The notes below the pieces were generated by a model. It saw nothing but the letters and a program-made list of their open reading frames with translations. It ran no database searches and had not been told where the DNA came from. A stretch of DNA of 62,702 nt, the filler included. It is 5 parts of 5 records of this genome, joined end to end, with 100 filler letters (N's around TTAATTAATTAA, not from the genome) between each part and the next. Parts side by side here need not be neighbours in the genome. Positions count along the whole stretch, not along the records: positions 16,295 to 23,487 come from SRR31156797_10164; positions 23,588 to 54,695 come from SRR31156797_10165; 3 more parts are not named here. The stretch is one strand, 5' to 3'. Positions 19,474 to 29,374 of this stretch are shown here, piece by piece (positions within the stretch are counted from its first letter, which is position 1; each line of letters begins with the position of its first letter). Both the position numbers and the translations under genes were made by a program.

Positions 19474-20406
19474 ATGTGTATGAACTCGCCCTTTGCCAGA
19501 GCAATCTTAAGCCTGCTGGCGGCGTACGTTCTATTGCTGTTTTTTTTAGTCGCCCGCGATTGGATCAAGGAGGAATATCCTAGCCGTCCCGAGGCGCCCG
19601 CAAACACGGAACGAATACAACATCATTACGACCACCAACAGGCGCTCCAGGCTTTAGCCAGGTTTAAGGAGTTGCCGCAATCCGAACGGCAACGGATCAG
19701 GGCAAGCCTCGATTCGGGCCTGATTACCGTGGACGAATGGGTTCGGACCATCAACGGATTGGAATATTGCGTGATCTGCCTGGGCGAGTCCCACAAGGAA
19801 TCCACCAGGACTTTTTTAGCCGAGGAATTTTTCTCCAAGGCGCGTGTCGACGTCCTGTTGCTTGAGGCCACGCCCCGGGAGCTTGAGCGCATCTTCAAGC
19901 GCCTGGAAAGGGGGAGGGATTATTTTCCCTTGCTGGAGGCCGACATATTGGCCGTTCTGAGGTCGGCTCGGCGCGCCAACAGGGACCTCCAGATACACGG
20001 TATTGAAGAGACGGAACAACAGAACCGAAATCATCGCGGCGAGTCCGGGGCCAGGGACCAAGCAATAGCCGCTAATTTTTGGGAGAAGCGCCAACCAGGA
20101 CGACGTCACCTCATCCTGTTTGGCGCCCTGCATTGCACCAATGAAACGAATTGGCTGTTCAACAACCTGAAATCCCGTGCAACCCCGTCCCTACAGGCGA
20201 AGATGCTGAATGTATGCGTCCTTGGGGAACACCAAAACGGGCCTCTGGAGGCCTTTATTTTCTTCCTGGATGAACTTGGAATCGGGAAAAGGCGGTTCGT
20301 TATTCCCGACACCAAGGCCTTGCATCCGAGAATATACCATCTTTTCAAGCCATTGAGACGCCAGCTGCTGGACAAATATTCCGCATTGGTGGTTTTTCGA
20401 GAATAA
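19474..20406 (+). CDS. Membrane-anchored EreA/ChaN/TIKI-fold protein
   Basis: N-terminal TM helix; CLGESH, LLLEAT, RDQAIA and LFGALH motifs typical of the superfamily. Confidence 0.6.
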   Translation: MCMNSPFARAILSLLAAYVLLLFFLVARDWIKEEYPSRPEAPANTERIQHHYDHQQALQALARFKELPQSERQRIRASLDSGLITVDEWVRTINGLEYCVICLGESHKESTRTFLAEEFFSKARVDVLLLEATPRELERIFKRLERGRDYFPLLEADILAVLRSARRANRDLQIHGIEETEQQNRNHRGESGARDQAIAANFWEKRQPGRRHLILFGALHCTNETNWLFNNLKSRATPSLQAKMLNVCVLGEHQNGPLEAFIFFLDELGIGKRRFVIPDTKALHPRIYHLFKPLRRQLLDKYSALVVFRE

Positions 20407-20564
20407 GGCGGCCGATTGCGGAGCGCCGCAACGTCATACATGCAAAATCAACCAGGCGGAAATGATGCTGAATGGGAATCTTTTTGATATTTTAATAAAT
20501 TCCAATAAATAACCTTATTCACCACCTGTGAATAGGATGGCGATTTTCATGAAATCGAATAGGC

Positions 20565-20624
20565 TTGACATGGCTGTTGAGCTACTATATTCTATTTTTG
20601 AAATCCATTTTCCATTATAGAAAA
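20565..20624 (+). promoter_or_regulatory. Sigma70 promoter with overlapping putative IclR operator
   Basis: TTGACA(20565)-N17-TATTCT(20588); imperfect palindrome TTTTCCATTATAGAAAA at 20608-20624. Confidence 0.6.
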
Positions 20625-20632
20625 AATTAATC

Positions 20633-21409
20633 ATGACCAGCGACCAAGACCAGTATTTTTCCAAGACTCTGGCCAAGGGACTCAAGGTTTTGTCCTTGTT
20701 CAATGAACAGACTCCTGTCCTTACCCAAACTGAAATTTCCCGGACTCTGGGAGTCAACATGACCTCCACATACCGGCTTATCCACACATTGATAAAGCTG
20801 GGTTATTTGGAGAAGGATCCGGAAAGCAAAAAGATCCGTTTAGGGTTGGGCGCTCTGGGTTTCGGCGCAACGCTGATTCGAACATACGGCGGCCATAATA
20901 TGATCAAGTCATTGGTCGATGACATCCATAACCGGTTTAACGTTACAGTGGACGTGGCCACGGTAGTGGAAGACGCCTTACTGATTGTTTACCGCCGGGA
21001 AGCTGAAGAAACTCTGACGTATCGCCTGCCATCGGTCAATCGCTCCTGGCATACAACTTCCCTGGGGAAAGCTTATCTGGCATTTCTTCCGGAAGACAAG
21101 CGGAAAACGACCGCGGCCCGCCTGGTGCTGGAGGCGCGAACGCCTGCTTCCATTACGAACCTCGCCAAGTTGGAAAATGAACTGACCATGACGAGGGAGC
21201 GAGGTTATTCCCTGGCGAATGAAGAATATCTGCCCGGATTGATTACAATCGGAGCGCCGTTGATCAACACCGATAATGGAGAAGCTATCGGCGCCGTGTC
21301 TTTTGATTTCTCTACTCTTCAACATTCATTGGAAACAATGATCGGGAAATATCTGTCTCCTCTTTTGGATTTGAGCCAAAGGATATCGGAGGTAATTTCA
21401 ACCATATAA
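20633..21409 (+). CDS. IclR family transcriptional regulator
   Basis: KTLAKGLKVL HTH, TSLGKAYLA, RERGYSLANEE. Confidence 0.92.
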   Translation: MTSDQDQYFSKTLAKGLKVLSLFNEQTPVLTQTEISRTLGVNMTSTYRLIHTLIKLGYLEKDPESKKIRLGLGALGFGATLIRTYGGHNMIKSLVDDIHNRFNVTVDVATVVEDALLIVYRREAEETLTYRLPSVNRSWHTTSLGKAYLAFLPEDKRKTTAARLVLEARTPASITNLAKLENELTMTRERGYSLANEEYLPGLITIGAPLINTDNGEAIGAVSFDFSTLQHSLETMIGKYLSPLLDLSQRISEVISTI

Positions 21410-21482
21410 TTATCATGGTTTTAAACGTTCCTTTGTTTTATTCAGCCTGCAGCCGCGACTGATTCATAAAAAGATTTAAGAA

Positions 21483-22814
21483 ATGAATGATATTATGACC
21501 GACATTCTTTTTTACCAGGCCGACAAAATCCTGCCGTATATTGACCGGGCCCGCGGCATATACATGTGGGACAAATCCGGCAAGGAATATATTGACGGAT
21601 GCTCAGGCGCCATGATCAGCAACATAGGCCACGGCGACCCGCGCATCCTGGACGCCGTCAAGGCCCAGGCCGAGATTGCCTTTTTCGCTTATCGTCTCTA
21701 TTTTGAAAGTGAATCCGCTGTCCGGTTGGCCGGGAAACTGGTTGAACATTCCGCACCACATCTAACACGCGTCTTCTTTGTTTCCGGGGGATCCGAGGCT
21801 GTTGAGTCGGCTATGAAAATATGCCGTGAATACCACATCGCCCGAGGCGACGGCCAACGGCACTTATTTATCAGCCGTACGCCTTCATATCATGGTTCCA
21901 CCCTTGGCGCCCTGGCGCTTACTTCTTACGCTCCGCTTGAGATTCCCTACCAGCCAATGATCAAGACCTACCCCAAGATACCTGCGCCATATTGCTACCG
22001 ATGCAAGTACAAGCTGACTTATCCATCTTGCGGCTTGGCCTGCGCTCACGCACTTGACGATGCTATTCGCGAACAAGGACCCGACAACGTGGCCGGATTT
22101 GTTGTCGAACCCGTGGTCGGCGCCAGCATCGGAGCCTTGCCGCCGCCGGAAGGTTATTTCGGCGTGATTCAGGATATTTGCCGACGCCACGGAGTGCTGC
22201 TCATTCTGGATGAGGTAATGACCGCCTTCGGCCGCACTGGAACCCTTTTCGGCTATGAGCACTGGAATATCGAGGCTGACGTAATAGCGCTTTCCAAGGG
22301 CATGGCTTCGGGGTATTATCCCTTGGGCGCCATAATGACCAGAAAAGAAATAGTGGATGCGGTAATGGGCAAAACCGGGTTTGCTCACGGCCACACCTAT
22401 GCCGGCAACCCAATGGCCTGTGCAGTGGGATTGGAAGTTCTGCGCATCATCTTGGAAGACAAACTTGCGCAGAACGCTGCTCGCATGGGTGATATACTCA
22501 AAAAGAAGCTGGAAGCACTGGCTGAGAAACACCCCATGATCGGTCAGGTCCGGGGATTAGGTCTTTTGCTGGCCCTGGAACTGGTGGCGGACCGCGATAC
22601 TCGCGAGCCTTTCCCCTCAGAAATAAACGTTTCCCAGAAATTGACCGATACGGCCTTTGACGAAGGTCTTATCATCTACCAACGAAGATGCATTAACGGC
22701 CTTGCCGGCGACCACGTGCTCATAGCTCCGCCGCTTATTGTTAGCGAGGAGCAGATTGATGAAATAATTATCCGCCTGGACCGGGCTTTGAATAGAACAT
22801 CCAAGGCCTTATAG
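21483..22814 (+). CDS. Class III PLP aminotransferase
   Basis: SGGSEAVE, SYHGST, LILDEVMTAFGRTG, SKG PLP lysine, HGHTY. Confidence 0.92.
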   Translation: MNDIMTDILFYQADKILPYIDRARGIYMWDKSGKEYIDGCSGAMISNIGHGDPRILDAVKAQAEIAFFAYRLYFESESAVRLAGKLVEHSAPHLTRVFFVSGGSEAVESAMKICREYHIARGDGQRHLFISRTPSYHGSTLGALALTSYAPLEIPYQPMIKTYPKIPAPYCYRCKYKLTYPSCGLACAHALDDAIREQGPDNVAGFVVEPVVGASIGALPPPEGYFGVIQDICRRHGVLLILDEVMTAFGRTGTLFGYEHWNIEADVIALSKGMASGYYPLGAIMTRKEIVDAVMGKTGFAHGHTYAGNPMACAVGLEVLRIILEDKLAQNAARMGDILKKKLEALAEKHPMIGQVRGLGLLLALELVADRDTREPFPSEINVSQKLTDTAFDEGLIIYQRRCINGLAGDHVLIAPPLIVSEEQIDEIIIRLDRALNRTSKAL

Positions 22815-22838
22815 ATATCTCTTAGAGGTGAATAAGAT

Positions 22839-23487
22839 ATGCTTGACAAGACTTCCGACCTCTCATCAGCGCTGAAATCCATAAAGGACGGCGCCGTGAT
22901 CATGGTCGGCGGATTCGGCGTCCCCGGCACTCCTTTCACTCTGATAGACGGATTGCTTGCAAAAGGAGTTTCCGGCCTGACCCTGATCAAGAACGAAGCC
23001 AACGAAGACCATATGGGCCTGTCAAAGCTTCTTGAGGCCGGACTGACAAAAAAAATCATCACTTCTCACCTTGGTCTCAATGCTACAGCCATCGCCATGA
23101 TGAACCGTGGAGAGATTGAAGTTGAATTTTATCCGCAAGGTATTCTGGCGGAAAAAATTCGGGCCGGCGGCGCCGGTTTGGCCGGGATTCTGACTGACAT
23201 CGGCATAGATACAATCCTGCGCGACAAGAAACAGGTCATAACAATGAACGGAGGGGAAGTCATCATCGAACCGGCTCTGAGGGCGGATGCAGCCCTGATC
23301 CACGCGGCCAAAGGCGACCGTTTCGGTAATCTGGTTTTTGAAAAGAGCGCCCGAAATTTCAATCCGGTCATGGCGACCGCCGCGGACCTGGTTATCGCTG
23401 AAGTGGAAGAATTGATTGAGACGGGCGATTTAGATCCCGATCAGGTGCACACACCCGGCGCTTTTGTGGACCATGTGGTTTTGATCA
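22839..23487 (+). CDS. 3-oxoacid CoA-transferase subunit A, cut near its 3' end
   Basis: IKDGAVIMVGGFG, PQGILAEKIRAGGAG, SARNFNPVMATAAD, VHTPGAFVD. Confidence 0.9.
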
Positions 23488-23587
23488 NNNNNNNNNNNNN
23501 NNNNNNNNNNNNNNNNNNNNNNNNNNNNNNNTTAATTAATTAANNNNNNNNNNNNNNNNNNNNNNNNNNNNNNNNNNNNNNNNNNNN
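23488..23587. other. Artificial contig linker
   Basis: N44-TTAATTAATTAA-N44. Confidence 0.98.
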
Positions 23588-23637
23588 AGAAACTTTTTTC
23601 AAAAAGTTTCTTTGGACCTCGGAGAGCCGCCGGAGGC
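23588..23637. repeat. REP-like palindromic repeat at contig start
   Basis: GAAACTTTTTTCAAAAAGTTTC palindrome plus GCCGCCGGAGGC; related to copies at 28011, 38551 and 54631. Confidence 0.65.
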
Positions 23638-23640
23638 AAA

Positions 23641-24741
23641 TTAGACATTAAACAGGAAGTGAATAACATCGCCATCTTTAACGATGTATTCCTTTCCTTC
23701 TGAACGGAGCACTCCGGCTGCGCGGCAGGCTGCTTCTGATTTATTGGATACGTAGTCATCGTAACCGATAACTTCTGCGCGGATGAAGCCGCGTTCGAAG
23801 TCGGTGTGAATAGCTGCCGCTGCTCGGGGAGCCTTGTCGCCGTCATGGATAGTCCATGCGCGTACTTCCTTAACACCGGCAGTGAAGTAGCTGATCATGC
23901 CCAGAGTGTGGAAACCGGTACGGATGATCTTAGCCAGACCGGATTCAGTTACACCGTAGGAATCGAGAAATTCGTTGTATTCTTCTTCATCAAGTCCGAC
24001 CAGTTCTTCTTCCATCTTAGCGGAAATCTTTACAAACTCTGCTCCGCGTTCTTCGGCAAGGGCCATGACCTTTTTGACGTAGTCGTTGTCCTCGGTGAGG
24101 CCTTCTTCGTCTACGTTGGCGCAGTAGATTACATTCTTGGCAGTGATCAGGCGCAGGTCGCGGAGCATTTCGACCATATTATCGGTATCAAGTTCACCGT
24201 ATGTGCCGACGGGATTGCCTTCGTTGAGGTGTTCAAGCAGTTTTTCTGCTTCGGCAATTTTGGGGCCGAGAGACTTATCGCCCTTGATCTTCTTTTTCAT
24301 GCCTTCAATGCGGGTATCAAGAGCCTGCACATCGGAAAGGATCAGCTCGGTCTCGATGACTTCGATGTCACGCAGGGGATCAACGGAGTTGGAAACGTGG
24401 ATAACGTCGTCGTTGTCAAAGCAGCGTACAACATGGAGGATGGCCTGAGTTTCGCGGATGTTGCCGAGGAATTTGTTGCCGAGCCCTTCACCCTTGCTAG
24501 CGCCTTCAACCAGCCCTGCGATATCGATGAAATCAACAGTGGACTGCTGCACGCGCTGGGGATTAACCAGCTCGGCCAGTTTGTCGATGCGCTCGTCCGG
24601 GACGGGCACAACAGCCTTGTTGGGTTCGATGGTACAGAAAGCGTAGTTCGCGCTTTCAGCGTTTTGGGCCTTGGTCAGGGCGTTGAAAAGTGTGGATTTA
24701 CCGACGTTAGGCAGTCCCACGATACCGATACTGAGAGCCAT
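23641..24741 (-). CDS. ychF: Redox-regulated ATPase YchF
   Basis: GIVGLPNVGKSTLFNALT, DIAGLV, AAAIHTDFERGFIRAE, YIVKDGDV. Confidence 0.97.
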   Translation of the reverse strand: MALSIGIVGLPNVGKSTLFNALTKAQNAESANYAFCTIEPNKAVVPVPDERIDKLAELVNPQRVQQSTVDFIDIAGLVEGASKGEGLGNKFLGNIRETQAILHVVRCFDNDDVIHVSNSVDPLRDIEVIETELILSDVQALDTRIEGMKKKIKGDKSLGPKIAEAEKLLEHLNEGNPVGTYGELDTDNMVEMLRDLRLITAKNVIYCANVDEEGLTEDNDYVKKVMALAEERGAEFVKISAKMEEELVGLDEEEYNEFLDSYGVTESGLAKIIRTGFHTLGMISYFTAGVKEVRAWTIHDGDKAPRAAAAIHTDFERGFIRAEVIGYDDYVSNKSEAACRAAGVLRSEGKEYIVKDGDVIHFLFNV

Positions 24742-25013
24742 AATAAATTCTCCTCAAAAAAATATAAATTCCTTTCCACGCCGCAAACATCCCGCACATG
24801 CAACGCTCGTTGCATGAAAAATTAATTTATCCGGGAGATTATGCCGTGAAAGGTGAAAAATCTTTTTCTTTATCTATAAAGATAATATCACGTGTTGCGG
24901 CCCCTCAATACCCGTCTTTGCGGGGATGGGCAAGTGTTGAGTTTGGGGGAGGGGGATTGCTGGCTTGGATGTGAAAGTAGACAGGCGAAGAGCTGGTGCT
25001 CTTCGCCTCTTTT

Positions 25014-26633
25014 TTATTCTTCGGTGTCTGTGTCATCTTTCTCTGATTCGTCTTGCTTGGCTGCTGCTTCCTGTTCTTCTTGGCAGACTTGATTTACGAA
25101 GTCTTCGAACCATTTTTCATGTTCTGGGTGGTTGCGGATGTTTTCGAGGTCTGGGTCGGATTGTAATTCAGCTGAGGTCAATCCGTCTGGATCTGTTAGT
25201 CGTGCATTTAACAACCATCTTTTGCAATCTTCAAAATCATTCTGGAGAGCTGCGATGCATGCTAAATTATATGCACCATATCCTTTACTTATACTTTCTG
25301 CACGAAGAGCTTTTTCTTTTGCTTCTTTTAAAATTGTTTCACTTTGCTCTTCTAAAAGATCTTTTGTCCTATTTACCAGTATAGTTGACCAGTTTGCCCA
25401 TACGATCGCATTTTTGGTGTCTAAACCAGCAGCTATGCCACAATACTCTTCGGCTTTGTCATATAAACTTGCCTTATTAGGATCTGTTGCATCTTTAGCT
25501 TCATTGTATATTAAGTTTGCCCAGTTGGTCCATGCGGTGGAATAATCTGGCCTGCTCGTTGTCGCTTTTAAATATTTTTCTTTTGCTTTATTGCGCAAAT
25601 CTATCCGTAGCTTTCCAGTTGCTCTTTGTGCTTTTTTCTTCAGTATGTTTGCCCAGTTATTCCATGCTCCAGCTTCATTGGGATTAATTGTGGTTGCCCT
25701 GTGATAATTCTCTTCCGCTTTGGTTAGCAATTCTTCTTTATGAGAACTGTCCCTAGGTACTATTTCTTCTTGGAGAATATACCCCTGTGCGAAAAAAGGT
25801 TCGTCTTTTTGGGGGAACATTTCTCCTGCTGTTTCCCACGTCGTAAGAGCTTTTCTCCATTCCTGTTTGTCTTGGTATTTAAGTGCAGTAGCTCTTAAGC
25901 GATCATAAGTGGAAGCTTTTTCATCTTTAGATACTTCATCCAAAGCCTGACTTTGTTCCTTGCTTCGGTTCGCATTGTCCACTCTATCTTCGCGGAATTT
26001 TTTAATTGCGAAAGAGTCGTTTTGAGCATTTTTGTTGTGGATAGCGCATTCTTTTGCATGTTCCCGACATTTAGATAAGAGTTCTTCCATTCTTTCTTTA
26101 TTCTCTTCAATTTCTACAGTTAACTGTTGCTCTTTTTTGTATAATTCGTTTTGTTCAGTATCTAAAGATGATTTCCTTTCTTTGATGTCATCTTTAAGTT
26201 TTTGAATTTCTTTGTCGAATTTTGCTTTTGCTTTTTCCGCATCAAGTCTTTGTTGTTTGGTGTTGAAGAAACCATAAAGAGTAACCCCAATACCAAAAAC
26301 GGTAATCCAAGCTCCAAGAAAAACTGAAAGAAGAGATAAATTACTATACCATTTTTCAGAACTTACTCGCTCTTCGTTAACCCATTCTTTTACATGATCT
26401 AATTGTAATTTTGCTCTTTCGTACCAAGCTCGTCCATCGCTAAGCATTTGTCTTTCACGAACGTCATCAAGCTTATGCCGCAGCGTATTTACTTCTTCAC
26501 GGAGAAGCTCAAGCTCACTCTTTGGATGTCCTTCAGCCCCAACCCCCCCACAAACCCCCAAAACCAAAACAAGGGCGAGAATCATCCCTAAAAATAAACG
26601 AACAAATCCATTTCCCCGACGCATATATTCCAC
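25014..26633 (-). CDS. Membrane-anchored coiled-coil/TPR protein
   Basis: Signal/TM segments, K/E-rich coiled coil, AWNNWA-type TPRs, C-terminal AYNLAC..DPDLENIR motif; AT-richer than its neighbours. Confidence 0.8.
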   Translation of the reverse strand: MEYMRRGNGFVRLFLGMILALVLVLGVCGGVGAEGHPKSELELLREEVNTLRHKLDDVRERQMLSDGRAWYERAKLQLDHVKEWVNEERVSSEKWYSNLSLLSVFLGAWITVFGIGVTLYGFFNTKQQRLDAEKAKAKFDKEIQKLKDDIKERKSSLDTEQNELYKKEQQLTVEIEENKERMEELLSKCREHAKECAIHNKNAQNDSFAIKKFREDRVDNANRSKEQSQALDEVSKDEKASTYDRLRATALKYQDKQEWRKALTTWETAGEMFPQKDEPFFAQGYILQEEIVPRDSSHKEELLTKAEENYHRATTINPNEAGAWNNWANILKKKAQRATGKLRIDLRNKAKEKYLKATTSRPDYSTAWTNWANLIYNEAKDATDPNKASLYDKAEEYCGIAAGLDTKNAIVWANWSTILVNRTKDLLEEQSETILKEAKEKALRAESISKGYGAYNLACIAALQNDFEDCKRWLLNARLTDPDGLTSAELQSDPDLENIRNHPEHEKWFEDFVNQVCQEEQEAAAKQDESEKDDTDTEE

Positions 26634-26809
26634 CCCAACTAAATGAACTTCTTAATTAAATCTTATCTATAAATAAAAACTTCATCCTTTTACAAGATCA
26701 TCCATATTCCGTCCAGTATGCGGAATAGAAAAGTGGATACTCCGCCATCGAATCTGCACATCATTTTTATTCCTTTACCCAACCCCCAAACCAGCCTACA
26801 ACCTCCCCC

Positions 26810-27991
26810 ATGAGCAATACCTCTTCAAAATACGATGTGATTATTCTCGGCGCGGGCGCGTCCGGGCTTTATTGTGCCATGCATGCAGCTGCGCGCGGGC
26901 GTAAGGTGCTGGTGCTGGACCATTCCGGTAAGGCGGGGCGTAAGATCCGTGTTGCCGGTGGCGGTAAGTGCAACTTTACCAATATGGATGTCGCGGCGGA
27001 TAACTATATTTCCACGAACCCTCATTTCGTTAAGTCTGCGCTTGCGCGGCACAATCAGTGGGATTTTATTTCCTTTGTTGCCGAGGCTGGGATTGAATAC
27101 GAAGAGCGCGAGGACGGGCAGCTTTTCACTCTTGAGGGTGCGGGGCTGATTGCCGGGTTGCTGGTTTCAAAATGCCACCGTGCGGGTGTGGAAACACTCA
27201 TGAACCGCGAGATTGAATCAATAAGCGGAGAAGGTCCTTTTGTGGTCAAGAGCGGTGGGCAGAGCTTCGAGGCGGAATCACTTGTTGTTGCATTGGGTTC
27301 CCCTGCATGGCCGCAAGTGGGGGCATCTCCGTTCGGATACAAAATTGCGGAGCAGTACGGTTTGAAAACCATTGCGGCTCGGCCTTCTTTGGTTCCGTTT
27401 ACTGTCGGTGGGCGTGACGGGAAATTTTGCAAGGAACTTAGTGGCAATGCTTTGCCTGTTTCTATTGAATGCGAAGGGCGTGTTTTTCGAAGTGATATGC
27501 TTTTTACCCACAAGGGTATTTCAGGTCCGGCAGTACTCCAGATTTCCAATTACTGGCGGCGTGGTTCGGCACTGACTATCAACCTGTTGCCCGCTCACGA
27601 TATTTCGGAACAGCTTGAAGAGCATCGTACTGAAAATGTTGCTCTGAAAAATTTCCTTGCCCGTTACTTTACCCGCAAAATGGTCGAGCTGCTGCTTGAT
27701 GGGCAGGACTCAGATACTGCAATCAGTCAGTTGACCAAAGAGCGCAGGCTTGCACTAGCTGAGCGCATTCATTCATGGATGGTCAAGCCGCAGGGTACTG
27801 AAGGCTTTGCTAAGGCCGAAGTAGCTTCCGGCGGCGTAGATACTGCGGAAATTTCATCTAAGACCATGGAAGCCAAGAAAGTGCCGGGACTTTATTTCAT
27901 AGGCGAAGTGCTCGATGTGACCGGATGGCTGGGCGGATACAATCTGCAATGGGCATGGTCGTCGGGATATGCTGCTGGGCAGTTTGTGTAG
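26810..27991 (+). CDS. BaiN/HI0933 family flavoprotein
   Basis: GAGASG, GGGKCNFTN, LFTHKGISGPA, GEVLDVTGWLGGYNLQWAWSSG. Confidence 0.92.
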   Translation: MSNTSSKYDVIILGAGASGLYCAMHAAARGRKVLVLDHSGKAGRKIRVAGGGKCNFTNMDVAADNYISTNPHFVKSALARHNQWDFISFVAEAGIEYEEREDGQLFTLEGAGLIAGLLVSKCHRAGVETLMNREIESISGEGPFVVKSGGQSFEAESLVVALGSPAWPQVGASPFGYKIAEQYGLKTIAARPSLVPFTVGGRDGKFCKELSGNALPVSIECEGRVFRSDMLFTHKGISGPAVLQISNYWRRGSALTINLLPAHDISEQLEEHRTENVALKNFLARYFTRKMVELLLDGQDSDTAISQLTKERRLALAERIHSWMVKPQGTEGFAKAEVASGGVDTAEISSKTMEAKKVPGLYFIGEVLDVTGWLGGYNLQWAWSSGYAAGQFV

Positions 27992-28010
27992 CAAGTTTAA
28001 TATGTAAAGC

Positions 28011-28048
28011 GGCGAAGCCTAATAAAATTTTCTTTGGCCACTGGAGGC
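28011..28048. repeat. REP-like repeat copy (shortened)
   Basis: GGCGAAGCCTAATAAAA is identical to 54633-54649 and ends in CTGGAGGC. Confidence 0.6.
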
Positions 28049-28053
28049 TTCTT

Positions 28054-28422
28054 CTAACTAGTAGCTTCTTTGATCACCTCAAGCAGATTGGTGAAATCAA
28101 AGGGTTTACAGATGTAATGCTTGATTCTGGCCCGTTTGAATTCTTCATAGGCATCAGAATAGCAATGTCCGGTCATGGCTATGATGGGCGTTTTGGATTT
28201 TTCTCCGAAAACAAATTCATCACGGATTCTGTCTATGGCTTCGTAGCCGTCCATTTCCGGCATTTGGATATCCATAAGGATGCAGTCGAAATTTGATTCG
28301 TCCAGTCGGTCAAGAGCCTCCTGACCGTTGGAAGCAACAATTACATCGTATCCTTGCTTTTCGAGCAGCCTTGAAGCGGAGAGCGCATTTATTTTTTCGT
28401 CATCAACAAGCAGTATTTTCAT
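28054..28422 (-). CDS. Single-domain response regulator
   Basis: ILLVDD, ILMDIQMPEMDG, MTG, KP. Confidence 0.92.
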   Translation of the reverse strand: MKILLVDDEKINALSASRLLEKQGYDVIVASNGQEALDRLDESNFDCILMDIQMPEMDGYEAIDRIRDEFVFGEKSKTPIIAMTGHCYSDAYEEFKRARIKHYICKPFDFTNLLEVIKEATS

Positions 28423-28472
28423 GATTGCATATTAATAAGAAAAAATGAGAACTGTAAAAATAAAGCCAAAAC

Positions 28473-28504
28473 AAAACCCCGTCCTTTTGCAAGGACGGGG
28501 TTTC
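28473..28504 (-). terminator. Terminator of the hdr-flx operon
   Basis: AAACCCCGTCCTT-ttgc-AAGGACGGGGTTT. Confidence 0.85.
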
Positions 28505-28543
28505 TTTATTGCAATTGGAGCCAGTCCGTAGGGACCGGGATAA

Positions 28544-29374
28544 TTACATTTCGTTAGGCAGTGCTTTAAGCTGTTCGTATGTGTAGACGGGACCGTCCTG
28601 ACATACGTAGCTGGTGCCGATGTTACAACGGCCGCAGATACCAACGCCGCATTTCATGCGTTTCTCAAGTGTGGTGATGATCTGGTCATCCTTGAAACCG
28701 AGCTTGGCAAGGGCCTGCACGGTGAATTTGATCATGATCGGCGGTCCACAAGTGACAGCGTATGCGTTTTTAGCTGAGGGCTTGATGTCCAGCAGTACGT
28801 TGGGGATAAGTCCAACGTTGTGTTCCCAGCCTTCGTATTCAGCATCAATGGTCAGATGGGTGTCGAGGTCATCGCGTTCCATCCATTCGGGAAGTTCGTA
28901 GCTGAAAGCCATATCTACAGGGCTTCTTGCGCCGTAAAGCAGGGTGATCTTACCGTAATCTTTACGGTTATCCAGCATGTAGTAGAGCAGGGTACGCAGA
29001 GGAGCCATACCGATACCACCACCGACGAAGACAATATCTTTGCCTTTCATCTCTTCGTAGGGGAAGCAGTTACCCAGAGGAGCACGAACACCGATCTGGT
29101 CTCCGGCACTTAAGGTATGCAGCTTTTCAGTAACTTCACCGGTACGCATGACACTGAACTGCAGGTAATCCATGCGGGTAGGGGTGGAGTTAATTACGAA
29201 TGTTGCTTCACCGATACCGAAGGCGGACAGCTGTCCTACCTGACCTGGTTCAAAGGTGAAGTTTTTTTTGATTTCCGGGTTGTTGAGAGTCACCCGAAAA
29301 GTCATGATATTGTGAGTTTCCTTGATGACCTCCTGAATGGTGGCCATTGCCGGAAGATAAGGATTGCTAGTCAT
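28544..29374 (-). CDS. flxA: Flavin oxidoreductase FlxA (FAD/NAD-binding, 2Fe-2S)
   Basis: GGGIGMAP, CGPPIM, MKCGVGICGRC..C; start placed at MTSNPY, overlapping the flxB stop. Confidence 0.88.
   Translation of the reverse strand: MTSNPYLPAMATIQEVIKETHNIMTFRVTLNNPEIKKNFTFEPGQVGQLSAFGIGEATFVINSTPTRMDYLQFSVMRTGEVTEKLHTLSAGDQIGVRAPLGNCFPYEEMKGKDIVFVGGGIGMAPLRTLLYYMLDNRKDYGKITLLYGARSPVDMAFSYELPEWMERDDLDTHLTIDAEYEGWEHNVGLIPNVLLDIKPSAKNAYAVTCGPPIMIKFTVQALAKLGFKDDQIITTLEKRMKCGVGICGRCNIGTSYVCQDGPVYTYEQLKALPNEM

Noticed and set aside
23806-24825. 339-aa plus-strand ORF
   Set aside because: Antisense shadow of ychF.
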